Shown here one piece after another: positions 42,100 to 55,794 of a DNA stretch of 64,000 nt. A model generated the notes under the pieces. The model was not told the origin of the DNA. It did not search any database and was given only the letters and a program-made list of their open reading frames with translations. A program made the translations under genes and the position numbers. The stretch lies in assembly GCF_009914755.1 (NCBI RefSeq), contig NC_060929.1; one strand, written 5' to 3'. This DNA comes from the human T2T-CHM13v2.0 reference genome, Homo sapiens. The stretch's first letter is position 1, and each line of letters starts with the position of its first letter.

Positions 42100-43796
42100 T
42101 ATATTTTACATCTTCAAAACTAAATACATTAAAAAAATAGAAGTGAAAGTTCTCTACATTCCAAATTCAATTGGCTGAATATCAAAAATCGGAATCAAAT
42201 GTGTAGTTGTTTGAAACGTATAATAGGTGTTAACACTGATGGCGAGCAGTCTTGGTTACTGCTAATGTTAAGAGAAACTTAACAGAGTTAGAGTTAATTT
42301 GAACCATTCTCCTCCATTATCAGATTATTCCAAGGATCTTTACATAAAATATTTTATATTTGGTTTTTGTATCTGCCTACTTTTACAATAAATCCTATCT
42401 CAGTGAAACATTTTTAAAGCAATTTGTGGCGAATGCAAAAGATAGAGAAAGGTAATAGAGGAAAAGAGGATGTTGTTATGCATGCAAATAATTTGTTCAT
42501 TAATAATATCAACCATTTAGTGATTGGAAAATAATGTTTAAAGTGGTTTATAAACTAATATGATTGTAGTTTGTTGCTTATTTGCACATAGCTTATATGT
42601 TTTAGTTTGGGAATTTGAGTTTTAAATATACTTATTCTAGTTGAGAAGAACTTGAGAATTTTTAGGAATATATTATTGTCTTCAAGTCAATGAAGACCCC
42701 GATAAATCTTCACATAACATACAAGCAGTTACTGCTTTGATAGCCAAACTCAGAGACAAGGGCCAGTGGTTCTACTCCATTGAAATAATTGTTCTCAGAT
42801 ACTCAGACCAAATAATTACGGTCTAAATAAATGTGGCCTGAAGACATCTTGGAAATACAGTATTATCAAGACTCCCCCAAGTTTTACTACAACTCACGTC
42901 TATGGTGTTTGCATTAATATCATATCTAAAATCAATCTCCGTAATTTCAAACAAAACAACTACATGATTGGTGAAAAATATCCAACAGACACAAGTAAAA
43001 GTATATACTTTCTTTAATGAAACAGGACACAGCCTTATGAAGAGAGTTATACAATTCAGGAGAATAGAAGAACTTGTCACCAAAGGGTTGTAGAGTTGAT
43101 GATACCCTCGCCTCAGGAGCAGCAACTACCACCCTTAACCATTCTCATGGGAGTTCTGGTCCATCCTGCCATGCTCCTTACTCTCACTTCCATTTCACTA
43201 GTGCATACATGTGAGTGTGTGTGAGTGTGGAGACACTGCTTATATATCCATCTGGCAAATAACTGGAGCAAACCATTCTCAGTATATTATTATTTACTGT
43301 AAGACTGACTAAATTCAATTCATTAAGCAATCTAACTAAGCCTCAATAGTCAAATATATACAGTTTTTAAAAGCAGCAGCATAAATACCTTTTCATGTAT
43401 TGGATGAAGAATGCCAAACTAACTGGTTATTGTTTTAATATGATAAGATAGCGTATTTGAATTACTAATAAATATTTTTTATCTTTTTTAACACATGACT
43501 CACCATTCCTGTTAAGAGGCACATAATGCACTTTCTGCTCATTGCCTGGAGTAAGAGATAGCAAAATAAAACACAGTAGCCAAGTAGTTGCTCCTATTCC
43601 ACTTGATTTTTGAGTTACATACTTATAAACTTTAAACTAAGAAACTGAAATATCTTATGTTAAGATAGAAATATAAATATTTGGATCAATGGAGATGATA
43701 AAGAGCAATGCTTATGTCTCCTGAGGTTTGAAAAGGTTTCCTGCACTAAGGAAGTGGGCATGTCAGATGAGAAGCAAAGAATATTATTAGTGGGTC

Positions 43797-44255
43797 TGTA
43801 TTAGTCAGGGTTCTCTAGAGGGACAGAACTAATGGATACATATATATATAACATTAGAAGGGGAGTTTATATATATTAGAAAGGGAGTTTATTAAGTATT
43901 AACTCACATGATTATGAGGTCTCACAATAGGCTGTCTGCAAGCTGAGGAGCAAGGAGAAACAGTCTGACTCCCAAAACTGAAGAACTTGGAATCTGTTGT
44001 TCAAGGGTAGGAAGCATCCAGCATGGCAGAAAGATGTAGGCTGAGAGGCTAGGCCAGTCTCTCTTTTCATGTTTTTTTCTGCCTGCTTTATATTTCAGCT
44101 GATTAGATGGTGCCTACCCAGATTAAGGGTGGGTCTGCCTTTCCCGGGCCACTGACTCAAATGTAAATCTCCTTTGGCAACAACCTCACAGACACACCCA
44201 GAATCAATACTCTGCATCCTTAAATTCAATCTAGCTGACAGTATTAACCATCACA
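43797..44255 (-). mobile_element. 3' LTR (MLT2A1-like)
   Basis: TGTGATGG..TAATACA termini on the minus strand, preceded by the PPT caaggggtggact (44256-44268). Confidence 0.95.
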
Positions 44256-44785
44256 AGTCCACCCCTTGTCAACTTGAATGCATACACTTCTCCTGAGATC
44301 ATACATAATCTTCAAACAAAGACAATAATAAGGTCATAATTACACCTAACATAATGCAACTATCCTTTGTACAACTGTAATACAACAGTCTCTAATCCAA
44401 ATACTATTACATAAAGTTAACAATACTTAAATGCTGATAGGAAGTCAATAAGTCTTATGTCACATGATAAAGGAAAAAGGAAATAAAATGAAGTTTTTTT
44501 TAGTACAAGGGTATACATAAATGTTTTTCACAAAAAAATGCACACATAATGTTTTTAACAAAAGAAGAAGGAAACACTGATGACAATTACAGTCCTTGTT
44601 TCTGCAGCTGGTCATGTGGTTGTAGCTGGTATTGATGACTACCTACCTCTACTATCCATTCTATATTCCCTTTGCCTTCAGCAAGCACATCAGCAGGTCA
44701 TGTTTTCTTTTTTCTTTCTCCATTTATTTTTCTTTCCTTTCTTTTTTTTTTTTTTTTCTGGTGGAATGACCCAAACATTCATTCC

Positions 44786-45080
44786 TTAAGGGTCTGGGCC
44801 GTTTGTAGTCCTGCCTGGATTGAGCTGTTGTAGTTTCCCATTGACCTTAATCACAGAGCATGGTAATACTAAGAGATGCCATAATGGATCTTCTGTATTC
44901 CATGCATACTCTTCCTTACCTCCATTATGGAGTAGTAGACTGATTTCAATTTGATAGTCCGGGTCAATCACCCCAGCCAACCCTGTAACTCCCTTCTTAG
45001 CCTATTGACTTAAATGTGGAAGCCCAAAGTGTCCAGGTGGCAATCTTAATTTCCAGTTTAATGGAATGGTTGTTGTGTCT
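44786..45080 (-). pseudogene. HERV-L dUTPase remnant downstream of integrase
   Basis: AGVIDPDY (dUTPase motif III) ..EISLLLHNGG. A post-integrase dUTPase is the ERV-L hallmark. Confidence 0.85.
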
Positions 45081-47700
45081 CCTGGTGGCAGCTTTCCTCC
45101 CTCTGGAACAAAGACTTCTAGCTAGGCCAGCAGAATGTAATGTCACAGGAACAGGAAACAAAAATTTTGCTATTGGAACACTAGGGGTGATGGTGACTGG
45201 TGCCACTTCTGCTTCCACCCCTCGATTCCTGGACCTGTGAATCCTGGCTATGGGAGAAACTGTACCATATATTAGATGCTTATTCAGAGCATACATGGCC
45301 TTCTGGAGAGCTTTGCCCCAGCCCTGCAAAGAATTGTCCCCTACGTAATCGTGACTTCAAAAGACCATTCCATTATTCTGTCAATCCAGCTGCTTCAGGA
45401 TGATGGGGAACAAGGTAAGATCAGTGAATTCCATGAGCTTGAGCCCACTGCTGCACTTCTTGCTGTAAAGTGAGTGCCTTGGTCAGAGGCAATGCTATGT
45501 GGAATATCATGACGGTGGATAAGGCATTCCATGAGTCCGTGGATGGTAGTCTTGGCAGAAGCATTGTGTGCAGGATAGGCAAATCCATTTCCAGAGTAAG
45601 TGTCTATTCCAGTGAGGACAAACCTCTGCTCTTTCCATGATAGAAGAGGTCCAATATAACCCACCTGGTGACAGGTGGCTGATCACCCCGAGGAATGGTG
45701 CCATACTGAGGGCTCAGTGTTGGTCTCTGCTGCTGGCAAATTGGGCACTCAGCAGTGGCCATAGCCAGTTCAGCCTTGGGGAGTGGAAGTCCATGGTGCC
45801 TAGCCCATGCATATCCTCCATCCCTGCCACCACTGTTACTTTGTTCATGGGCCCATTGGGCGATGGCAGAAGTGGCTGCAGAAAGAGGCTGAGTGGTTTC
45901 CACAGAATGGATCATCCTGTTACTTGATTATTAAAACTCTCGTCTGCTGAGGTTGCTCATTGGTGAGCATTCACAGGGGATACAAATATCTTCACAGTTT
46001 TTGACCACTCAGAGAAGTCCATCCACATATCTCTTCACCAAATTTCTTTGTCACCAATTTTCCAATCAGGCTTCTTCCAAGTCCGTGACCATCCACCAAA
46101 ACCATTAGCTACAGCCCATGAGTCAGTATACAATCGCACATCTGCCCATTTCTCCTTTCATGCAAAGTGCACAACCAGGTGCACTGCTTGAAATTCTGCC
46201 CACTGGGAAGATTTCCCTTCACTGCTGTCCTTTAAGGATGTCCTAGAAAGGGGCTGTAGTGCTGCATCTGTCCACTTTTGGATAATGCCTGCATATAGTG
46301 CAGAACCATCTGTGAGCCAGGTCTTAATCTTCTCTTCCTCTGTCAACTGATTATAGGGAACTCCCCATGAGGCCATGAATGCAGGCTAGGGGAGAGAAGG
46401 CAGGAGTGGAGACCATGTGCATTTGAGCCAGTTCCTCATGTAACTTACTTATGCTTTCAGGACCTGCTCGAGCTTGATAAGGTATATACCACTTCCATTT
46501 GATGATGGAATGCTGCTATGCATGTCCCACTTTATGGCTAGATGGGTCAGAAAAGCACCCAGTTCATGATATGCAGTTCAGGTCACATGGTGACTTGATG
46601 ACCCATAGTCAAATGTTCAGTTTTCACCAAAGCCCAGTAACAGGCCAAGAGCTGTCTCTTAAAAGGAGAATAGTTTTCTGCAAAAGATGGCAGGAACTTT
46701 CTCCAAAATCCTAGAGGCCTCCACTGTGATTCACCTATGCGGGCCTACCAAAGGCTACAAACAGCATCCCTATCTGCCACTGACGCCTCAATTACCCTTG
46801 TATCTGCTGCATTATATGGCCCAAGTGGCAAAGCAACTTGCACAGCAGACTGGACCTATTGCAGAGTCTTCTCCTGTTCTGGACCCCACTGAAAACTGGC
46901 AGCCTTTTGGGTCACTTGATAAATGGGCAGGAGTAACACACCCAAATGAGGAATGTGTTGCCTCCAAAATCCAAATAGGCCCACTAGGTGTTGTGCCTCT
47001 TTCTTGGTTGTAGGGGGATGGGGGCAAATACAGCAACTTATACTTCACCTTAGAAGGAATTTATTGACAGGCCCCACACTACTGGACCCCTAGAAATTTT
47101 ACTGAGGTACAAGGTCCCTGAATTTTACTAGGATTTATTTACCATTTTCTGGCACGCAAAGGTCTCACCAATAAGTTCAGTGTGTTTGCTACTTTTCAGT
47201 CAATGGATCCAATCAGCATAATGTTACCAATGTAATGGACCAGTGTGATATCTTGCAAAAGCAAAAAGTGATCAAGGTCTCTCTGAATAATATTACTTGA
47301 CACAAAGTTGAAGGGTTGATATACCCCTGAGATAAGACAGTAAAGGTATATTGTTGGGCTTGCCAGTTGAAGGCAAATTGCTTCTGGTGCACCTTATGGA
47401 GAGGAATGGAGAAAAAGGCATTTGCCAAGTCAATGTCTGACTACCAGGTACCAGGAGATGTGTTAATTTGCTCAATCAATGAAAGCACATCTGGTATAGC
47501 AGCTGCAATTAGAGTCACCACTTGGTTAAGCTTATGATAATCAACTGTCATTCTCTAAGATCCATCTGTCTTCTGCACAGGCCAAATGACAGAGTTGACT
47601 GTGGATGTGGTAGGAATCACCACCCTTGTGTCTTTCAATTCCTTGATGGTGGCACTAATCTTCACAATCCCTCCAGGGATATGATATTGTTTTTGATTTA
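45080..47700 (-). pseudogene. HERV-L pol (RT - RNase H - integrase), frameshifted
   Basis: VIWPVQKTDGS; ANAFFSIP..QKQFAF..YTFTVLSQGY; catalytic YIDD reads HYIGNI (~47221-47238); RNase H WLTDGSA; IN WAHEQS..ECPICQ, LTGIDTYSG, IASDQGTHFT. Confidence 0.92.
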
Positions 47701-49890
47701 CTGTTTTCCTCGGTAGAGACAGCTCTAATGGCTTCCATTTGGCCTTTCCCACCATAATAGCCCTCACATTACCAGTTAGGGAGCCAATGTGGGGGTTCTG
47801 CCAGCTGCCAAGTATGTCTATGCCAATTATGCATTCTGGCGCTGGGGAAATGACCACAGGACGAGACCAGGCACCCACTGGACCCACTAAGTCAAACTGT
47901 AGCTAAAACTCCATTAATTACCTCACCTCCATAAGCCCCTACTTTGACTGGAGGACCACAATGACATTTTGGGTTCCCTGGAATCAATGTCAGCTCAGAG
48001 CTAGTGTCCAGGAGTCCCCGAAATGTCTGATTATTTCCCTTTCCCCAGGGTACAGTTACCCTGGTAAAAGGCCAGATCTCCTTGGGGAAGGATGGGAGAA
48101 ACATTAACAGCATAAATTGTCAGCTGTATAGTAGGGTCCTTCATCAAGGGGAACCATCCTCTCCTTCATTCAAGGGGTTCTGGTTCTGTAAACAGAGTCA
48201 AGTCTGGAAATTGACTGAGGGGCCATGATTTTCTATTTATAATTCAAATTCACTTTTTTGTCCATTTGACTTAGAATTTTTCTGCTTATATAAATTAAGT
48301 AGGAATGCATAGACTTCCTATTAATTTCACTTCTAGGAACACCACGATTAATTAGCCAATGCCAGAGCTCTACATGATTCAGACTATTCTGATTGCTGCT
48401 TTGCTTCTGCTGTCCATTATGGTAGCTATGCCCACCTTGCCTTTGTCAGTTGAGTGGCACCACTTGGCCACTGCCACCTCGGGATCCAATTATTCTCATT
48501 GTATTTAAATGTTGTAGTTGAGTGACTGTGGTTCCCACTGTTAGATCTGACATACAGGAAGAGCAATTACAAGGCTCTTCAAAGATGAGATGCTGCCCTC
48601 ACAAATCTATTTCACAAGGCATTGGTCCAGGGTATATTTTCTGGACACTCCCAGCTAGGATGAGTAGGTTTAAAGTGACTAATCCACTCCACCATCCCAA
48701 TCTCCCTAAGCCTTTGGATCCCTTCCTTTACAGTAAACCAAGGGAGATCAGGCATTTCCAGCTCACTCACAGTGAGCCATCTTTTAATCCATATCTCAGG
48801 TAACCAAGCAAATAAACTATTAGAACCTCTTTTAACTCCCAAGCTGCAACATTATATGCAGAGTCCCTACTTAGTGGGCTCAAATCAATAAATTCAGCCT
48901 GATGCAACTCTATGTTTCTTCCACCATTATCCCACACGTGTAATATCCATTCTCATGCCTGTTCTCTAGATTTCTGCTTGTATAAATTAGAAAACTCAAG
49001 CAGTTCTTTGGAGTGTAATGTACTTCCTCATGGGTCACATTCTCAACCTCACCTCAAGAGGCCCGCCAGGACTTTAGTCTGGTTATAGGTATAGAAGCAA
49101 ACAGGGGTGTTGGGGTCGGCACCTGAGGAGAATCAACATTATCTTGCCTGGCAACTGTCTCAGGGGAGGCCATCATTGTTGCCCCAGGCAGGGTTTATCT
49201 TCTCAGACAAAGGTGGAAAGCCTGATGGCAACATGGGTCAGGGAGGGAATGTTGCCACTACTGAGGATAGGGAAGCTGTTTCTTCTGGCAAAAAATGTTC
49301 ATCAGTGTTTACAAACTCAGTGTCCTCAGCTCCATCAGTGTCCTCCCACACATCCCCATTCCACGTTTCAGGGTCCCATTCTTTTCCAATCAATGCTCTC
49401 ACTTTAACAGTAGACACCTGGCAGGGCTGTGCATGCACCTTTCATTGCAGGTCAGCCATTTGCATGATAAGAGCTTGTGTCAGTTTTCCCACAATTTCAG
49501 CTCTTTCTCTACAGGAGATAAGACTCTCTCTCAATCAGGGCAATCTTAGCAGATTTGAAGCTTAGTATCTGCTTCTAAAGGCATGAGTTAGAATCCCAGA
49601 GTTCATCATTTTCTTTTATCATTTTATCCACTGAACTTAGAGTAACCAACCAACTTCATTATGTTCCTTGGTTCTCCACATATGGCCAAAGGTATTATGT
49701 ATAGAGTTACTAAACTCCTTGTCTCTCACAAGCGGCAAATCGGGAGTGTCAAATGCATTTATTTTGCATAACTCTCTAAACAGTTCACGCCAAAGTCTAT
49801 CAGTGTTCTCCATACTATTAGCAGTAGAGTCCTTAGCATTTTGGGGTCAATCATATGAAGCAGCCAACTCCAGAAACCACAAAACCAATG
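47700..49890 (-). pseudogene. HERV-L gag and protease, disrupted
   Basis: Protease RGLLDTSSELTLIPG (DTG changed to DTS). Gag fragments VKVRALIGKEWDPETWNGDVWED and LPWFTVKEGIQRLREIGM. Boundaries approximate. Confidence 0.88.
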
Positions 49891-49923
49891 AAAGAATTTC
49901 ATTCTTAATATTCTGTTCCTCTA

Positions 49924-49941
49924 GAACCATTCTTGGTACCA
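49924..49941 (-). promoter_or_regulatory. Primer-binding site, tRNA-Leu type
   Basis: TGGTACCAAGAATGGTTC, 5 nt downstream of the 5' LTR. Imperfectly complementary to the tRNA-Leu(UAA) 3' end. Confidence 0.85.
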
Positions 49942-49946
49942 AAATC

Positions 49947-50362
49947 TGTATCAGTCAGGGTTCGCTAGAGAGACAGGGAGTTTATTAAGTATTAACTCGC
50001 ACAATCACAAGGTCCTACAATAGGGCATCTGCAAGCTGATGAGGAAGGGGAGACAATCTGAGTCCCAACACTGAAGAACTTGTAGTCCAATGTTTGAGAA
50101 CAGGAAATATCCAGCATGGGAGAAAGATGTAGGCTGGGAGCCTAGGCCAGTTTAGTCTTTTCACGTTTTTCTGCCAGCTTTGTATTCCAGCCGTGCTGGC
50201 AGCTGATTAAATGGTGCCCACCAAGATTAAGGATGGGTCTGCCTTCCCAGCCCACTGACTCAAATGTTAATCTGCTTTGGCAACACCCTCACAGACACAC
50301 CCGGGATCAATTCTTTACATCTTTCAATCCAATCAAGTTGACAATCAGTATTAACCATCACA
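49947..50362 (-). mobile_element. 5' LTR (MLT2A)
   Basis: TGTGATGG..TGATACA termini on the minus strand. Lacks the TA-repeat segment present in the 3' LTR. Confidence 0.95.
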
Positions 50363-53300
50363 GGGTCCTTGAGAAAAAGATAGTCAGATAGAATGCTGTG
50401 TCTTGTAGCTTCTCTTTCATATATTTGTTTGTTGTAGGGAACTAAAAATTTCCAAAAGTTTTTTTAAACCTGAGAGCAGAGAGGCTAGTATCTTTCTTTC
50501 CAGTTTTCTTTAGGGAGGAGACAAAATCCTTTGTGTTGGCTATCATTAATTATCACTCAGTGGAGGAGTCTAGGAAAAATTTTTGAGTTTAGTTATACAA
50601 AATTGAATCAAAGAAACGTTTCTTGCATATCTGAATTTATGGATTTAAATTGGCAACTGTAAATAAGAAAGGATTTTGAAACACATAAAAAATAGCTAGA
50701 TTAACGACATACTTTACATTTTATAAGAGAAATAATATTTGCCAACTAAAAAAATTCTTCATTTGGATGTGCTATGAAAGAAAATGGCTCTTGAAGAATT
50801 AGTTTCTCCTGCAGCTACAGTAATCAAGATTATCTGTGTCAGAAGTAAGACCAGTGATATATATCTTTGTTTGCTCATACATTTACTTGTTTACCATGCA
50901 CCTATGGAGGATGTATTGTAGGAAATGAACTGTGATATGTGTTGTGAAGGTTATAAATCAGAAACACAGTTTTTCTCTTTAAATAATGTGTCTGTGTATG
51001 CATTTGAACAAAAAAAAACAGCCTTTCAACATAATTTAATGAACTCTAACAAGGTGAAATGAGATAAAGAATCACGACGTCTACTTTACACCGAAATTCT
51101 CATTTACTCATTGTAATTTTAAAGGGATGCTTTATCTCCCTCAAAAGCAAATACATGACTAAAATATGCTGTCAGGGAATTCTAACAACCTCAATAATCA
51201 AAAAGAATTTTGTTATATTTCTCTGCCATGGTATTAAAATAAAGCAAGATTTGCATATTTGATTAATTTATTTTAAAGTATTATAGTTTTTGAAATTTTT
51301 CAATGACCACATAAAATATGCATTCAAAAATACATTCTCTTGAGTTCAGAAGTTAAAAATTAACGTTGAGGCATTTGGACTTATCATAAGCAACATTTGT
51401 GTTAAAATATTGCCTGAAACAATTAATGATATTTATGACATTCATGCTTGTCTTTATTTGTATTTTGTCTTCAATTCCTTAAAGAAGTCTTATAAGAGGG
51501 ATTACAAACTGTTATTTAAAAGCTAAATAATGACCTATGTAGAGATACTGTTGGACAATATAAATGTTATAGAGTTGAAGGACATATAAACTTATGATTT
51601 ATAGATGGCAGGATATTACTGAGTATTTTTCTACCATTTTGTATATAATATGCTTCAAATTGCAGAGCTGTAAGGAACAAGTACAGCATAGGTCAAACCT
51701 ATATTACCAGAAATTGAATCACTTCTAACTGAAACATGGTATATAATGTGAATGAAATTTTCATGGTGTCACAGTTCATGAACTGTGTACTTGCCTTATG
51801 TCTACATGTGGGAAAAAACTATTCTTTTTTTATTTCTAAGACTTTGCCTAAAGGAAAAGCACAAATTTTTAACACCTCATTTCAGCAAAACATCAATGAT
51901 TGACATTTTATTCTAAAGGACAGATTTGCTTTCACTTAGATAGACTCCTTAGCACATGATTTCTTCATGTGTTAATATAAGTAGTATTCTAAATAACTCC
52001 AGTCTTATAAATTAGTAAGTATATTCTTAGGATATTAAATGAAGTTCTGCTTTAAATATACCTTTATATTTATTATTAATTAACCCTAACTGTGAAGAAA
52101 AAAATAATTTTTAGACAACAGGTTGGATTAGGTGGTTTTGTTTCTCTTTTGCAGACTTTCAGCCTTTTTGAAGAAATATATTTACAATTACGGAACATAA
52201 AATATGAGCTTTTTATATATTATTAAAGGCTTTAAATAAAAATCTTTTACATCAATCATTAGTAAGAGCAAAGGACTGACATAATACATGCCTATGTCTT
52301 TGAACTGTAATGAAAGCCATCACAACAGGAAATTGTTTAATTCAGCAATATAAATTCTAAATTTTCTCTTATATATGGAAAGAAAACATGCTTAGTAATG
52401 TAAAAAGTTGCATCTTATAACAATGAGTTATTAAGCCAAAATTTCCCTAGAAAATACATTTCTAGAGCATGTTTTAGAATCTTTAAGCCAATAACATAAA
52501 ATGGATTTCTAAAATTTATTGACCTATGTGAAGTTCATTAAAATAATAAATTTCATTATAAAAAGGCTTCATAGTTACATTATGTAATAAAAATTAAAAT
52601 TATAGCAAATTCAGAGCTTAGTGAACTTAACTTTGGGCCATTTTAATAGCAAGTGCAAAATATGTTCCTTTTTATTTGAAATTTAATGTACAGAAGCCAA
52701 ACACTTACATCACATTAATTTTATAGTTTTTGGATACAAATAGGAGAATAATTTTTTCATACCTGCTCCCTGAAAAATAGCTGTCTATATGTTGTATTTT
52801 AAGTGGCCATATATGGTAGGATCCAAACAAGAAATAAGAAATTAGATTGAATTGATTTACTATGTTAGCATTATGGTTAATAACTATTTTGATTCAGAAT
52901 ATAGAAGATCATTTAGTAACTGAAGAATCTGAGAGTAAGTATTTCAGCTCAGAAAAGTAACTTCAAGATATACACCTACATTGTCTAACTTATATATCCG
53001 TATTGAAATATAAGCTCCTTCTAATTTAATCTAATATTCCTACTTTTAGCAATAAAATGAGGGCTTAGGTATTTTTTTAGTCACCAATTGTAGGAGACAG
53101 TATAGCAAAACACCTTAAAAGTGCTAAATTTTCAGATATTTCTCATAAAGTTCCAACCCAATTATACATATTTATTGATTCTCCAAATTAGCCTGATGAT
53201 ACTTTAAAAATCAACTTATAGTTCTGAATTGCATTCTTTTAAGTTAAGATGTTGTTATGGAAAGTTATTAGATATTACATTTCCTAGAGGAAACACAAAT

Positions 53301-55794
53301 ATTGTACATTTAAATGGTATTTCTTTAATGAATAAATAAATAAATTTGAAATATACACCCCAACTCCCAAAACAAAGGCCTCGTATTTCTCTATGTGACT
53401 CTTCTTTTTATGGCATGGGAGTAAAAATAGATGAGTTTAAAGAAAAATTTTTTGTCTCTATTTTAAACTCAGGTTTACTTTACACTTTACTGTACATTAA
53501 AACAATTGACAGTGTTGCCCAGGTTATAATTATGACCCCATGTGGTTCAATTAATTTATGATGTTAAAGGAGGCATCATTTAACATCAAATAGTAATTTA
53601 AAAGAAGTCCAAACTTTACTTATTTTCCTCAAATAACACTAATGGGCCTCAACTCAATGCTCCAAGCAACATCTTTAGAATCTCCTTCACTACTTCGTAA
53701 ATCTGAAACTGATAAAAGACCAATCCACTCACATACAAGTCTTCATGCTCTGTCTGGTATTTTGATGTACATACTATTTGTTTGTGTTAGGTTTGACTCA
53801 GGTGCTCTCTCTTTTTTTTTTTTTTTTTCACTGTGGTTGGACAAAGATTCTCCTTTTGTGGTCAGTAGAGGATGGTTTTGTAGAAAGGCAGGTACGCTTA
53901 TGTATTAAGTAATCTTTTGAATTTTACAAACAATTACAAATTACAAATTTTACATGTCTATAGAACAATATCTAATTCCACTGACCATTTTAATGTTCTT
54001 GGGGCTCCTAAAATTTGAAGTGTGATCCAGATGTCTATGTTTATTCTATAATATTTGCAATCTTGTGCCCTCTTATCTTCTCTCACTACATTCTTTTCCA
54101 CATCAATACCAAAATTGTTCCTACAGAACCTTACAATGTTGCAGAGCCCTTTATGACAACTAGACATTACCCAAATTAAGTATAAACTTCAGGAGGATTT
54201 TCATATTAATGGGAGATAATGCCTTAATAAAACAAAGCAATATAGAATATTAACATTTCAGACACTAAGGCAAGTTATTATGGTAGACAGTTTTGAGCAA
54301 GAAGTTTTTAACCTGGTTGATTTTGTAGAAGTAAACATGGCTTAATTATACATAACTATCTGTGAAAAAAATGGTGGGCCTTTAATAGAAATGCATAGAA
54401 ATGCTTTAAAAATACTGGAACCATTTGTAGATTTACTATGCATTTACAGCTCTACTATGCTTGTACAGACTATGAAAATAATGATTTAGCCTCAGTAACT
54501 GATGTGATCATTTGTATACAATTCTTTCTTCCAAAACCTCTAGTCTTTAGCACAGTTGGCACTAACTGCTACAACTAATTTTTACTACCTGAATTATTTT
54601 CTTTACAGATGTACTAGAAAATAAAATGCGGGTTTTTTTTTTCTGTCTCACCTCACAATTTTTTTTAATGGGAATTAACCTCCTCTCCCTCCCTCTTTTG
54701 TTTGTTCAAGTGGCAAATTGTACAGAACAAGAAATGCAAAACTATATGTGCCACCATTGTGTATTTCATCAGAAATATACCAAACAATGATAATTCAGTC
54801 TACTATTTTTACTCTCTGTGAACATAACCTCAGAAATCTTCCCAACCCAGTGGTTTATGAACCATCTAAAACCCAACTGGAAGTGACATAAAAATTGAAC
54901 CTCTCTCATCCCAGTTGCCTGGTAACATTTCACAAATTATTTAACACTTCTATTCTTCATTTCCCAATAAATATAACAGAAAATAGTGCATTGTTCAAAT
55001 AGTTTCAGTGAGGCAGGAAGACCTATTAATCCCTTCTGCTTTAGAAAAATTTCTAGCTACTCCCTGAGAACAGACAAGGGTTGACAAAAATAATTGCAAT
55101 TGTTATCTTTAAAAGATTTTCATTTAAGGTGATGTAGTCATTTGAAATTTTTGGACACATGCCCTCATATCTAAACACAATTGCAAAGATAATTAAAATA
55201 TTAAAGGAAAAATCAACCATAGAAAATCAACATAGAAAGCACAGGTAAGGAAAATCCCAAGCTTCACAGGTCACAAAAGGAAAACTGCAAAGGAACATTT
55301 TGAACGTGGGTGAAACAGTTTATGCTAGCTTCAGGTCCCGGAGTAAACAGTTATAGACATGAATTTGTTGTCTGAAGTGTAATGGGTAAGTGGAACTAGC
55401 ATTTCTGCCTGTCACCAGGGGTTAGGTGGCATCTCCTTCATTTTTAAAAGTAGGCTAAAGATGTATTATTATCTTTCCTTTGACTATGACTTTGCGTCAA
55501 GGATGTGTGCAAAAACCAAACATTTATTTCTCTTCAGATTTCTGGCCAAGTAACAGACTCAGCAAAATCATCAGCAACTTCATAGGCACCCCACCCTACT
55601 GTTACAAAATGTGGTTGTAATCTGGATACATAGGTAGAAGAAAGCACAAAGCAGAAAAAGTTACACATGAAAATAAAAAATATATTCAAATAGTAAAAAT
55701 AAATTTAAAATTATAAAATAAAAACAGAGAAAACATAATCCGAGAAAATAAAGCAGGTAAAAGACAATACTAGAAATTCTGTAAATGTTAAAAT

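Larger units (their letters stand above)
43797..50362 (-). mobile_element. Full-length HERV-L provirus (MLT2A LTR - gag - pro - pol - dUTPase - LTR), coding-defective
   Basis: Two LTRs, perfect 5-bp TSD gggtc (43792-43796 and 50363-50367), Leu PBS, PPT, ERV-L protein fragments, no env. Confidence 0.97.

Noticed and set aside
42823-43132. Two minus-strand ORFs in unique sequence (possible exon or viral fossil)
   Set aside because: No recognisable homology or motif. Lengths are compatible with chance.
44786-49890. HERV-L as a coding-competent or domesticated element
   Set aside because: No sense-strand ORF exceeds ~110 aa. RT YIDD reads YIGN, protease DTG reads DTS, and the second His of the integrase HHCC motif is lost.
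53559-53588. 10-bp inverted repeat tgatgttaaa..tttaacatca
   Set aside because: Expected by chance in AT-rich DNA.
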